Assembly: GCA_046262715.1 (NCBI GenBank)
Contig: JBHEMG010000217.1
Coordinates: 4,878 to 68,877 of the forward strand
DNA: 64,000 bases
Reading direction: 5' to 3'
Origin: Gemmatimonadales bacterium
GTDB taxonomy: Bacteria > Gemmatimonadota > Gemmatimonadetes > Gemmatimonadales > GWC2-71-9
Shown here: positions 8,901-21,290 of the stretch, piece by piece
Numbering within the stretch: the first letter of the stretch is position 1
Layout of the letters: each line of letters starts with the position of its first letter
The notes under the pieces: generated by a model
Seen by the model: the letters and a program-made list of their open reading frames with translations, nothing else
Told to the model about the DNA's origin: nothing
The model's database searches: none
Translations under genes and position numbers: made by a program

Positions 8901-11353
8901 TGGAGCGTCTGCCGGTCCTCCCCCTGGGCCAGCTCGTCGTTTATCCGCACGTCGTCCTGCCGCTGGCGCTCACAGATCCCAAAGCCGTCCAACTGATCGA
9001 CGAGATCATCCAGGGCGAAAAGCGCCTGCTGCTCGGCGTCGTGAAGTCGATGGGCGCGATGGAGCCGCCCGAGGGCGCGGTCATGAATACGCTCCCGCAC
9101 CAGATCTACGACGTCGGTACGCTCGGCACGATCGTACGCATGCTCAAGCTGGGCGACGGCTCGGTCCGCGTCATGGTGCAGGGCCTGGAGCGCGCGCGCC
9201 TCAGCAACGTGGCGCAGGGCGAAAAGTGGCTGATGGCCGACAGTGAAGGGATCACCGAGAACCTGCTCGAAGACGCCCGCACTGAGGCGCTGAAGCGCAC
9301 CGTCATCGCGCAGTTCTCCCGGGTGATCGACATCGCCCCCTACCTCGGTGCCGAGCTGCACGAGGTGCTGGCCGGCATCCAGGAGGCCGGCAAGCTCGCC
9401 GATTTCATCGCCGCCAATCTGGATCTCGCCCTGCCGGCCAAGGCCGAGCTGCTCGCGATCGACGATGTGACCAGGCGCCTGGAGCGCCTGGGCGAGTTCC
9501 TGATGCAGGAGCTGCAGGTGCTCGAAGTGGGGACGCAGATCCAGGAGAAGGTGAAATCGCGGCTCGACCAGAACCAGCGCGAGTACGTGCTGCGTGAGCA
9601 GCTGCAGGTGATTCGCCAGGAGCTGGGCGAGGGCGAAGGGGACGACGAGCTCGAGGAGTTGGCGAAGCGCCTGGAAGAGGCACAGCTGTCGGCCGAGGCC
9701 AAGAAAGTTGCCGACCGCGAGCTGAAGCGGTTGCGCCAGATGTCGCCGCAGTCGGCCGAGTATCAGGTGGCGCGCACGTATCTCGACGTCTTCGCCGCGC
9801 TGCCGTGGGCACGCGTGACGGAGGACCGGCTGGAGCTCAAGACCGCCCGCGAGATCCTCGACCGCGATCACTATGACCTCAAGACGATCAAAGAGCGCAT
9901 CCTCGAGTATCTCGCCGTCCGGACGCTGAACCCGGACGCCAAGGGGTCGATCCTCTGCTTTGTGGGACCGCCGGGTGTCGGCAAGACGTCGCTGGGCCAG
10001 AGCATCGCCGAGGCGCTGGGACGCAAGTTCACGCGCGTTTCGCTCGGCGGCGTGCGCGACGAGGCGGAGATCCGCGGCCACCGCCGCACCTACGTCGGCG
10101 CGATTCCCGGACGCATCCTTCACGCGTTGCAACGCAGTGAGACGCGCAGTCCGGTGCTCATGCTCGACGAGGTCGACAAGATGGGCGCCGACGTGCGCGG
10201 CGATCCCACCGCGGCGCTGCTCGAAGTGCTCGATCCGGCGCAGAACTCGACCTTTGTGGATCACTATCTCGAGGTGCCGTTCGACCTGTCGGCGGTGATG
10301 TTCATCGCGACCGCCAACAGCACGGTGCCCATCCCCGATCCGTTGCTCGATCGCATGGAGCAGCTCACGCTCGTCGGTTACACGCCGTCAGAGAAGCTGC
10401 AGATCGCCAAACGCTATCTCATGCCGCGCCAACTCAAAGAAACGGGGCTCGGCGGCGAGAACGAGCGCGCGCACATCGCCGACGGTGCGCTGGACCGCCT
10501 GATCGCCGAGTACACGCGCGAAGCGGGCGTGCGGCAGCTGGAGCGCGAGATCCAGGGCGTCTTGCGCAAAGCGGCGCTCGAAGTCGTCGAGGGCAAATCG
10601 ACGATGGTGAAGGTGTCGTCGAAGAACCTCGAGAAGTATGCCGGCCTGCCCAAGGTGCAGAGTGAGGTGGCGGGGCGCGCGCCGGAGATCGGCGTGGCCA
10701 CCGGTCTCGCGTGGACGCCCGTCGGCGGCGACATCATGTTCATCGAAGCGATCCGGATGCCGGGCAAGGGGCAGATCACCTTGACCGGCCAGCTCGGCGA
10801 TGTGATGAAGGAATCGGCGCAGGCGGCCTGGAGCCTGCTGCGCGCCCGCGCCGGCGCGCTCGGCATCCCGTTGGACGCGTTTACACAGTCGGACGTCCAC
10901 CTGCACGTGCCCGCGGGCGGAGTACCGAAGGATGGCCCATCGGCGGGTATAACAATTGCGGCCGCGCTCGCTTCACTTTTGTGCCGACGGCCGTCCCGCC
11001 ACGACGTGGCAATGACAGGCGAGCTGACCCTGCGCGGTCGGGTGCTTCCGATCGGCGGCCTGAAGGAAAAGCTCACCGCGGCCGCGCGCGCCGGGGTCAC
11101 CTCGGTGCTCGTTCCCGAGCGCAACAAGAACGACCTTATTGACTTGCCAGAAGAGGTACGGAAGTTGCTTGATATCAAGCTTGTGGAAACGATTGACGAC
11201 GTGCTCGCCTTGGCATTGCTCGACGTGCCGCCGACCGAAGAGCGTTCCGAACGCCGCTCGGGCGGCATCCGGGTCGTGACGCCGCCCCCCCCGGCCACCC
11301 CGCCGGCGCCGCCGGCGCCCCCCATTCCACCGGCTGGCGAGGCCCGCCGATGA
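8897..11353 (+). CDS. lon: ATP-dependent Lon protease (endopeptidase La)
   Basis: 818 aa. Motifs are the LON N-domain (LPVLPLGQLVVYPHVVLPL), Walker A GPPGVGKTS, and the catalytic Ser region KDGPSAGITIAAAL plus TGELTLRGRVLPIGGLKEK. The GTG 8897 / ATG 8900 start overlaps the hsp20 stop. It has a Pro-rich C-terminal tail. Confidence 0.96.
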   Translation: MMERLPVLPLGQLVVYPHVVLPLALTDPKAVQLIDEIIQGEKRLLLGVVKSMGAMEPPEGAVMNTLPHQIYDVGTLGTIVRMLKLGDGSVRVMVQGLERARLSNVAQGEKWLMADSEGITENLLEDARTEALKRTVIAQFSRVIDIAPYLGAELHEVLAGIQEAGKLADFIAANLDLALPAKAELLAIDDVTRRLERLGEFLMQELQVLEVGTQIQEKVKSRLDQNQREYVLREQLQVIRQELGEGEGDDELEELAKRLEEAQLSAEAKKVADRELKRLRQMSPQSAEYQVARTYLDVFAALPWARVTEDRLELKTAREILDRDHYDLKTIKERILEYLAVRTLNPDAKGSILCFVGPPGVGKTSLGQSIAEALGRKFTRVSLGGVRDEAEIRGHRRTYVGAIPGRILHALQRSETRSPVLMLDEVDKMGADVRGDPTAALLEVLDPAQNSTFVDHYLEVPFDLSAVMFIATANSTVPIPDPLLDRMEQLTLVGYTPSEKLQIAKRYLMPRQLKETGLGGENERAHIADGALDRLIAEYTREAGVRQLEREIQGVLRKAALEVVEGKSTMVKVSSKNLEKYAGLPKVQSEVAGRAPEIGVATGLAWTPVGGDIMFIEAIRMPGKGQITLTGQLGDVMKESAQAAWSLLRARAGALGIPLDAFTQSDVHLHVPAGGVPKDGPSAGITIAAALASLLCRRPSRHDVAMTGELTLRGRVLPIGGLKEKLTAAARAGVTSVLVPERNKNDLIDLPEEVRKLLDIKLVETIDDVLALALLDVPPTEERSERRSGGIRVVTPPPPATPPAPPAPPIPPAGEARR

Positions 11354-11742
11354 GCGACGTCGCTACGCTCGAAGCGGCGCTGGCCGAGATTCGCAAGCGC
11401 GACGGCAAGTACAACGAGCGCGCCTACGTGTTCGTGCTCGCGGCCCTCGAGTTCGCGCAGACCAAGCTGCCCGCACGCCGCCATCTGAGCGGTGCCGAGC
11501 TGGCATGGGCCTGCCGCGACTTTGCGCTGGAGCAGTTCGGCATGCTGGCCAACTCCGTGCTGACGCATTGGGGCCTCCACACCACGGACGATTTCGGGCA
11601 GATCGTCTTCATGCTGATCGAGGTCGGCTTGCTGGCGCGTCAGCCCACCGATCGGCTCGAGGACTTCGAGCGCGTGTACGAATTCGCGGAGGTTTTCAAG
11701 GCAGGGGCGGGATACCGCTGGCCTGGAGTTTCGTCGTCCTGA
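11350..11742 (+). CDS. Small conserved hypothetical protein (Minf_1886-like)
   Basis: 130 aa. Its ATG overlaps the lon stop (ATGA). The sequence (…NERAYVFVLAALEF…HLSGAELAWACRDFALEQFG…) resembles the Minf_1886 family as I remember it, which is weak recall. Confidence 0.5.
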   Translation: MSDVATLEAALAEIRKRDGKYNERAYVFVLAALEFAQTKLPARRHLSGAELAWACRDFALEQFGMLANSVLTHWGLHTTDDFGQIVFMLIEVGLLARQPTDRLEDFERVYEFAEVFKAGAGYRWPGVSSS

Positions 11743-11743
11743 T

Positions 11744-13315
11744 TTGCCCGCCCGCCACCCGCGGGCGTTTTACTCCTTGAATCACATCCCGGTTCTCTCG
11801 GCGAGCGAAGCGGCGGCATGGGACGCCGCCGCGCGCACCCAGTATCGCGTGCCGAGCCGAGTCCTGATGGAGACGGCGGGCCGAGCGGTCGTGCAGGTGC
11901 TCGTGGCCGAGCTTCCCGGCGCCGTCGCGACGGGCGTGCTCGTCGCCGCGGGCGCCGGCAACAACGGGGGGGATGGGTGGGTGATCGCGCGCGCCCTTCA
12001 CGCCGCAGGCATTCCCGTCTGGGTCACGGCCGTCGATCCCAAAACTGACGACGCGATCGACAATCGCGCGCTCGCGCGCCTGGATGGGGTGCGCGAGCTG
12101 GGCCGGGAAGAAGCGTGGCCGCAGGCCGGCATCGTGGTCGATGCGCTGCTCGGCACGGGCGCCGCCGGCCCTGCCAAGGGCGACGTCCTCGCGCTCGCAC
12201 AGCGGCTCACGGCCTACGGCGCGCCGATTGTCGCCGTCGACGGACCGACCGGGCTCGATTTGACGAGCGGGGAAGCGCACGGCCCGATTCACGCACAGCT
12301 CACGGTTACGTTCGGCGGTACGCGCCGCGGTCACCTGCTCGCGCGCGAATGGTGCGGCAAGGTGGTCGTCGTGGACATTGGTTTTCCACCTCCTGACGCC
12401 TCCTGGCCGGTGCTTGTCACCGACGCGTGGGCCGCCGAGCGCCTGCCGCGCCTCGCGCCGCAGATGCACAAGGGTGATCGCGGCCGGGTGTGCGTGGTGG
12501 GCGGGGCCGACGGGATGAGCGGCGCGGCGCTGCACGCGGCGCGCGCCGCGCTCGCCGCGGGGGCGGGTCTCGTCAAATTGGTGGCGGCACGCGAAACGAT
12601 CGCGGCGGCGCAAGCGAGCCTCCCCGATCTCCTGACGGTCGAGTCTGCACTTGGCGCGGAGCTCGAGTCAGCCGCCGCCGAGGCGCTCGAGTGGGCGGAC
12701 GCGGTCGTGCTCGGACCGGGGTTGGGCCGGACGGATGTTCGGGAGCAATTCGTTCGCCACGTCCTCTCGCGCCGGCCGGTTCCCACGGTGCTCGATGCCG
12801 ACGCGCTGCATCTGTTCCGTGCCGACGTGCCAACGGGGGGAGGCAGTCGATCGATCGTCTGCACGCCCCATCTCGGAGAATTCCGCGCGCTCGCCGGCGA
12901 CGCGCTCGCCGACGAAGCGGCCAACGATCGTTGGTCCGCCGCCGCGCGCGCCGCCGCCAAGCTCAAGTGCACAGTTCTGCTTAAAGGCGTACCGACCGTC
13001 ATCGCCGACCTGCGCGGGCCCGAGCATGTGGTTGCGAGCGGCAATCCTGGACTTGCAACGGGAGGGAGCGGGGATCTGCTGGCGGGGTTTATCGGCGCAT
13101 TCCTCGCGCGCGGCGCTATTCCCGCGGAGGCCGCCGCCCTAGGCGCCCATGCGCTCGGACGGGCGGCGGAACTCGGAGCGCGGCAGTGGACCGCCCGCAG
13201 TCTTCGGCCCGCGGACGTGCTTGCCACGCTGCCGGAGGTGTGGCGGACCTGGAAAGAGGTAAAGCTGCCCCCTCCTCCGGTTCTCGCAGCACTCGAGGCA
13301 CCAGAAACGGTGTGA
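11744..13315 (+). CDS. nnr: Bifunctional NAD(P)H-hydrate repair enzyme (epimerase + ADP-dependent dehydratase)
   Basis: 523 aa. The YjeF-N motif is AGAGNNGGDGWV. The YjeF-C carbohydrate-kinase motifs are HKGDRGRVCVVGG and GGSGDLLAG. The start is uncertain: TTG 11744 or TTG 11777. Confidence 0.88.
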   Translation: MPARHPRAFYSLNHIPVLSASEAAAWDAAARTQYRVPSRVLMETAGRAVVQVLVAELPGAVATGVLVAAGAGNNGGDGWVIARALHAAGIPVWVTAVDPKTDDAIDNRALARLDGVRELGREEAWPQAGIVVDALLGTGAAGPAKGDVLALAQRLTAYGAPIVAVDGPTGLDLTSGEAHGPIHAQLTVTFGGTRRGHLLAREWCGKVVVVDIGFPPPDASWPVLVTDAWAAERLPRLAPQMHKGDRGRVCVVGGADGMSGAALHAARAALAAGAGLVKLVAARETIAAAQASLPDLLTVESALGAELESAAAEALEWADAVVLGPGLGRTDVREQFVRHVLSRRPVPTVLDADALHLFRADVPTGGGSRSIVCTPHLGEFRALAGDALADEAANDRWSAAARAAAKLKCTVLLKGVPTVIADLRGPEHVVASGNPGLATGGSGDLLAGFIGAFLARGAIPAEAAALGAHALGRAAELGARQWTARSLRPADVLATLPEVWRTWKEVKLPPPPVLAALEAPETV

Positions 13316-13320
13316 GAATT

Positions 13321-14778
13321 GTGAAGAGCGGCCGTGGCCGTACCCTGGCTGGGGCGGTTATTATCGCAGTTGGTTGCGCGACGGGATCCGGCCGCCCGTC
13401 GGGCCGGCCAAACATTTTCTTCGGGCCCGACAGTCGCGTGCTGATTTCCGATTTTTCAGATATCGAAGCGGTGGCAGCATCGTCGTGGCTCGTCTTCGCG
13501 GCGACGACGCATGGCCTGCTGATTTACGACCGGAGCGCTCGCCGGTTCCGGCTGCCGGTTACCCGGCTCGACGGCTATCCGGAAGGCAGGATCCGACGCC
13601 TGATCGCAGATCCTTCTGGCAACAGTGTGTGGTTCGATCTCGGCGCCGGACTTGGGTTGATCCGGTACGACGTGGATGGACGCATCTGGACGCCGGGCGC
13701 GATGCCCTCCGGACAGGTTGACCCACCGCTGACCGTGGAGGCGGCGCTCGCGCGCGCGCCGTTGGCCGAGGCGATGCGGGCGGCAATCCTGACGGATACG
13801 CGGCTACGGTCCCATCAGTTCACGGCCGCCGCGGCGACGCCGGACCGTCCGGAGATGTTTTTCGGCACGAATGGGTTGGGACTCGTGCGGGTAGATAGAC
13901 AGACAGGAGAATGGGAAGTGCTCACGTACGGCTTGATCACCCCCGCGGTCGGCGCTCTCGCCGCGGCCGCGGACGGGAATGGTATCTGGGCCGCCGGCAA
14001 CACGCGACCGGGGCTGGGGTCCGCGCGCCGTGGTCTGACGTGGGTCGCAAATGATCTTTCCGCTACACGCACGGCGGAGGGCGGGGGCGCCGCCCTCGGA
14101 TTCTCTTTCCTTTACTCTCGTCGCCTGCTTGCGGTTGGTAGTCAGCTCTGGCTGGCGACGGAGCAAGGCGTGCTCCGCGTCGAGTCCTCCTCCTTCGAGT
14201 CCCGGTTGTGGGACGTGCCGGACGCGATCTGTCTCGCCGCCACGCAACGCGGCGTCTGGGTGGGAACGCGGCGCGGCCTGTCCCTTATCACGCCCGACGA
14301 GCGCGTCGTCGACATTGCGTCGGGCCCGCTCGCCGTCACCAGCCTTCTCCCCGTGGGCGAGACGCTGTGGGTCGGGACCAACGGTGGACTTGGCCAGGTG
14401 CTGCCGGGCGCGGATGCGATCAGCGTGCCGCCTGAGCTGCAAGACCGTCCCAGTCTGCGGGTCACCGTGTACGCCCTGGGCCGTCTGCAAGACACCGTCG
14501 TGATGACCACCGAGCGCGAGCTGCTCTGGCGCGAACCCGCCACCGCGGCCTGGACCGCGATTCCGCTGCCGCTCACCCTCGGCGTACCGACCGCCATTGC
14601 CGCGGCTCGTGGCGGACTGTGGATCGGCGGGACACGCGGGCTCGCCGAGGCCGACCTCAGCGGAGCGATGCACGTGCATCCGGTGCCGTTCGAAGTCCCC
14701 GGCGCAGTGCGCGATCTCGCCGCCGACCGCGATTTTCTTTGGGTGGCCACCGACAGTGGCCTGATGCGCATCCAGTGA
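13321..14778 (+). CDS. Lipoprotein with beta-propeller repeats (two-component-regulator-propeller-like)
   Basis: The ORF is trimmed to GTG 13321, giving VKSGRGRTLAGAVIIAVGCATGS (lipobox). It has a recurring repeat signature: GVWVGTRRGL, LWVGTNGGL, LWIGGTRGL, LWVATDSGL. Confidence 0.6.
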   Translation: MKSGRGRTLAGAVIIAVGCATGSGRPSGRPNIFFGPDSRVLISDFSDIEAVAASSWLVFAATTHGLLIYDRSARRFRLPVTRLDGYPEGRIRRLIADPSGNSVWFDLGAGLGLIRYDVDGRIWTPGAMPSGQVDPPLTVEAALARAPLAEAMRAAILTDTRLRSHQFTAAAATPDRPEMFFGTNGLGLVRVDRQTGEWEVLTYGLITPAVGALAAAADGNGIWAAGNTRPGLGSARRGLTWVANDLSATRTAEGGGAALGFSFLYSRRLLAVGSQLWLATEQGVLRVESSSFESRLWDVPDAICLAATQRGVWVGTRRGLSLITPDERVVDIASGPLAVTSLLPVGETLWVGTNGGLGQVLPGADAISVPPELQDRPSLRVTVYALGRLQDTVVMTTERELLWREPATAAWTAIPLPLTLGVPTAIAAARGGLWIGGTRGLAEADLSGAMHVHPVPFEVPGAVRDLAADRDFLWVATDSGLMRIQ

Positions 14779-15733
14779 ATCTCGGTCCGGGCAGGGAGTT
14801 CGATCGGATCCGTGGGATCCTGCAGCGGATCGGCGCGCTCCTGCCAGACACCGACAGTCTGGGCGATGACTGCGCGCTCGTACCCATGGGCGATCAGACG
14901 CTGGCCGTCAGCATCGACGCGTCACTCGAAGGCACGCACTTCCGCACCGACTGGCTCGCCTTCAACGAAATCGGCTTCCGCGCGGCCGGCGCCGCGTTGT
15001 CCGACCTCGCCGCCGAAGGCGCTACGCCGATTGGTCTGCTCGTCTCGCTGAGCCTGCCCGAACACAAGAGTGCGACCGGCGCCGATCCCGGGGTGGAAAT
15101 CATGGAAGGCGTCGCGAATATGGCCAGTAACGTCGGCGCCGTCATCTTGGGCGGCGATTTAACCCGTGCCGATCATTACGGCGTCCACGTCTGCGTGCTG
15201 GGTATGGTGGAGCATCCCGTGCGGCGATCCGGAGCACGGGAAGGCGACGCCTTGTGGGTCACCGGCTACCTCGGCGGTGCCGGCCGGGCGTTGGAGCATT
15301 TCCGCACCGGCAAGGTGATGTCGAAGTCGCTGCGCAATCGCTACGCCTGTCCCGAGCCGCGCATCGAGGCCGGCCGTTGGCTGGCGACGCACGGCGCGAG
15401 CGCCATGATCGATATCTCCGACGGGTTGGCGGCGGACGCGCAGCATCTCGCCGCCGCGTCCGAGGTGGGCATCGAGATCAATCTCGAGCGTATCCCGTGC
15501 TGGGAAGACGTGGACGCCATGGCGGCCCTGGCCAGCGGCGAGGAGTTCGAGCTGCTATTGACCATGCCGCCCGCGTTCAGCGACGCGAGCGCCTCCACGT
15601 TCCGCGCGCAGACCGGCGTGCAATTGAGCAGAATCGGTAGCTGCCTGCGCGGCTCCGGTGGCCGCCGCGGCGGCGTGCGCCTGCTCGACCATAACAAGCC
15701 GGTGCCGCTGCCCGCGGGATACGATCACTTCGC

Positions 15734-15737
<4 letters not shown>
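14775..15737 (+). CDS. thiL: Thiamine-monophosphate kinase
   Basis: The ORF is trimmed to GTG 14775 (GTGA overlap with the upstream stop). AIR-synthase-related motifs are GDDCALV, HFRTDW, GAALSDLAAEGATP and ISDGLAADAQHLA. Confidence 0.85.
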
Positions 15738-18019
<2,282 letters not shown>

Positions 18020-18033
18020 TAGAAGGAGGCACC

Positions 18034-19257
18034 GTGAAAGGTCTGTTGTGTGTCGGTCTCGCCCTCGGCGCCCTCGGCGTCGTCGCGGCGTGCAAGGATT
18101 CAAGTGGTCCGGGCGCGCGCGCCTCCTCGGTCACCGGCATCGCCGGCGACAGCCAGGCGGCTCCCACTGGGGCGGCCCTCACATTTCCGCTGAGCTTCGT
18201 GGCGCTGGGCTCCGACGGCCAGCCGATCCGGGGCGTCAACGTGTCGTGGAGCGTCACGCCCGCCAATGGCGCGGCGTTCACCCCGGCCCAGTCGGTCACC
18301 GACGTCAACGGCGTAGCATCGACGAGCGTGGTCCTCGGCCCGACCGCAGGGGAGCTCACCATTCAAGCGACGGTGCCAGGTGTCGACCCGGTCGTTTTCC
18401 ACGCGCTCATCCTCGATCCGTGCCTCTTTGCGACAGCCCTGACGGTCGGACAACCGCTCAACGGCGCGTTGTCGTCACTCGATTGCAATCTCAGCGGCAA
18501 CGGCTGGTACTATGACTTTTACGCCTTGACTGTGCCTACCGGACAGCAAAGCCTCCGCATCACGATGCGGTCCAGCGCCTTCGACACCTATGTCGATTTC
18601 TTCCGCGGCGACAGCGGGATCTACTCCGCCTACGATGACGACATCGTCCTGGGTGGGCCGGCGGACTCGCTCAAGAATTCACAGCTCGACATCATCTTGC
18701 CCGCCGGAGACTATCTGATCGGGGCGAATTCCTTCGACCGATTTGCGACGGGCGCCTACTCGGTGGCGGCAACGGTCCGGCCCGCCGCGTTGAACGGCTG
18801 CCGCCAGGTATGGATGCTGCGCGGCGTCAGCGCATCCGATTCCGTTACCGCGAGCGACTGCGCTGACTCGTCGGCCGCGCCACACCACTACGACGTCGCG
18901 AGAATCATCGGGTATGCCGGCACGGTACTCACGATCTCGGCGCACTCCACAGCGCTCAATCCGACGCTGACGCTGTATCAATACAATGTGAATACTGACA
19001 CGCGCACCCTCGTCACGTCGAACGACGACAGCTCGGCGACGAACACCAATGCCGTCATCGTGTACACGGTGACCACGTCGTCCATCTTCGACGTCATCAT
19101 CGGCACGAGCACGGCCGGCGAGACGGGGGCGTACACCTTCGACGTCTCCGCCTCCACGACGCTGAGCGCCCGCGCGTCGCGGCCCCGCTTCACCGGCCGC
19201 GACTTCTGGCTGGGGCGGACGCTCGTGCCGCAGCGGGCGAAGCCCACTCGGCTCTAG
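18034..19257 (+). CDS. Lipoprotein with Ig-like and pre-peptidase-C-terminal-like domains
   Basis: GTG 18034 is preceded by AGGAGG (18024-18029). The lipobox is VKGLLCVGLALGALGVVAACKDSSGPG. There is an Ig-like segment (…VNVSWSVTPANGAAF…DVNGVAS…) followed by two PPC-like modules (…YYDFYALTVPTGQQSLRITM…, …AGDYLIGANSF…GAYSV). Confidence 0.6.
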   Translation: MKGLLCVGLALGALGVVAACKDSSGPGARASSVTGIAGDSQAAPTGAALTFPLSFVALGSDGQPIRGVNVSWSVTPANGAAFTPAQSVTDVNGVASTSVVLGPTAGELTIQATVPGVDPVVFHALILDPCLFATALTVGQPLNGALSSLDCNLSGNGWYYDFYALTVPTGQQSLRITMRSSAFDTYVDFFRGDSGIYSAYDDDIVLGGPADSLKNSQLDIILPAGDYLIGANSFDRFATGAYSVAATVRPAALNGCRQVWMLRGVSASDSVTASDCADSSAAPHHYDVARIIGYAGTVLTISAHSTALNPTLTLYQYNVNTDTRTLVTSNDDSSATNTNAVIVYTVTTSSIFDVIIGTSTAGETGAYTFDVSASTTLSARASRPRFTGRDFWLGRTLVPQRAKPTRL

Positions 19258-19258
19258 C

Positions 19259-21279
19259 TTGCTGCGCGCAGTCGTCCTGCTGGCGATTGCCGCGGGGATT
19301 TGCGAGGGACAGCAGCGGCCCTGCGATCCGCAGACGCCGGTCGGTCCCAGTCACGACCTATACTGTCTCGAGCTCGTTCCCGCCCCGGGCGTCAGCGGCG
19401 TCTCGGGGCGGATCGAGCTGTCGATTCCCCCCGGACCGTTCACGGTCGCCGTCACCCCCGACGGACGCACGCGATTCCTGCCACAGATCACGATCACGGG
19501 CCTAGCGGCTGGACGCCGCTACGACGCCTGGGTCGCGTCTCCGCTGATGGACACTGTCATTCGATTGGGCAGCGTCCACAACGGCATGACGACGCTGCCC
19601 ATCGTGGACCTCGAAAAGTTCTTCTTCCTTATTAAGGACCGTTCCGGGCGCGTGATGCTTCGGGGCCAATCGCCCAGCACGCGGCTCTTTCCGCCCGACC
19701 TACTGGAGTTCTCCGCAGGGGCCGTGGGGCAGGGGTCTGGGGTCGAGCATCAGCATGACATGTCGGGCTGGCCGATGGTGCCGGTGCCCGCGGGCCTCAC
19801 CATGCTTCCCGCCGAGATGGCGCTCCGCCCCGCGATTGCCCCGTTCCTGCCGGATTCCATGCCTCCCGCTCCGGACGCTCGGCCCAGCGAGGTCATGCAT
19901 CTCAAAAGCGGCGATACGCTGCGGCTGCAAGCGGGATTGGTGCGTCGGACGCTACAGGGCCGTACGTACACGATGTATGGCTACAACGGTCAGTACCCGG
20001 GGCCGCTGCTCGAGGCCGCGCCTGGCGCCGACATCGTGGTCCGCTTCTCCAATGCGCTGCCGGAGTCGTCTTCCATTCACTGGCACGGCATCCGCGTCGA
20101 CAACGCCTCGGATGGTGTCGAGCCGGTGGCGCACGAATTCATCTATCACCTGCGCGTTCCAGATGCCGGGATCTACTGGTACCATCCACACGTGCGGGAA
20201 GACACGCAGCAGGAGCTGGGGCTGTACGGCAACATCCTGGTCCGGACCGAATACGGACCCGTCAATCGCGAGGAAGTGCTGATCCTGGACGATGTGCTCG
20301 TCGGCGACGATGGGCTGATTCCCCTGGCAAGGAGTCTCCCACGCATGCGCTCATGGGACGGTTCGGGAATCTGTTTTTGGTGAACGGCGAGCCGGGCTAT
20401 CAGCTTTCGGTGCGACGCGGCGAGGTCGTGCGGTTCTATTTCACCAATGCCTCGAACACGCGGACGCTGAATGTCTCATTCCCCGGCGCCCGCATGAAGG
20501 TCGTGGCCTCGGACGCCGGTCCGTTCGAGCACGAGCAATGGGTCGAGAGCGTGGTGATCGGACCCGCCGAGCGCTACGTCGTCCATGTGCGGTTCGACCG
20601 TCCCGGTGCCGTTGCATTCGTCAATCAGGTGCGAGCGCTCGACCATCTCTATGGTCGCTTCTTCTCGCAGGTCGACACGCTTGGCGTTGTGGCAGTCTCG
20701 CCACGGCGGGTCGCAAACGATTTGGGTGCGGCCTTTGCCCGCCTGCGTCGGTCATCGCGGCTCGCGACCTATCACCGCTTTATCGACCGCGCCCCGGACA
20801 AGACGCTCGTGCTGACGCTCGAGACGCATGGATTGCCCTTCGTCACCCAGCGGCTGATGCAGCTCGATTCGATCTACTTTGCCCCGGTCGAGTGGGGCGG
20901 GACGATGCCCATGATGAACTGGGCCTCCACCGGCCGTCAGGTGCGATGGATCCTCAAAGACGCGGCCACCGGGGCGCAGAACATGGACATCGACTGGCAT
21001 TTCCCGCGCGGCGTGCCGGCCAAGATCCGGCTAGTCAACGAGCGCCGCGCCTTTCACGGCATGCAGCATCCCATTCATCTGCACGGACAGCGCTTTCTCG
21101 TGTTGGCGGTGAACGGCGTGCCTACGGAAAATCTGGTGTGGAAAGACACCGTGCTGGTGCCTGCGGGCGCTGTGGTGGATATTCTGCTCGACACGACCAA
21201 TCCCGGGTCGTGGATGTTGCATTGCCACATCGCCGAGCATCTCTCGGCCGGAATGATGATGCACTTCACCGTGAATTAG
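19259..21279 (+). pseudogene. Multicopper oxidase interrupted by a -1 frameshift (pseudogene or assembly indel)
   Basis: Two overlapping ORFs (19259-20383 and 20353-21279) carry the N- and C-terminal halves of one MCO. The first half has HWHGIRVDNASDG and YWYHPH. The second has HPIHLHG and HCHIAEHLSAGMMMHF. The conserved …THALMGRFGNLFLVNG junction lies in the second frame, and the frames can be joined at the C-run 20321-20324. Confidence 0.65.
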
Positions 21280-21290
21280 CGAGGTCCGTC

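Noticed and set aside
19259-21279. Treating 19259-20383 and 20353-21279 as two independent genes
   Set aside because: Each half carries only part of the four-motif copper-site set of a single multicopper oxidase. The conserved MGRFGN junction spans the overlap, so a frameshift is the simpler reading.
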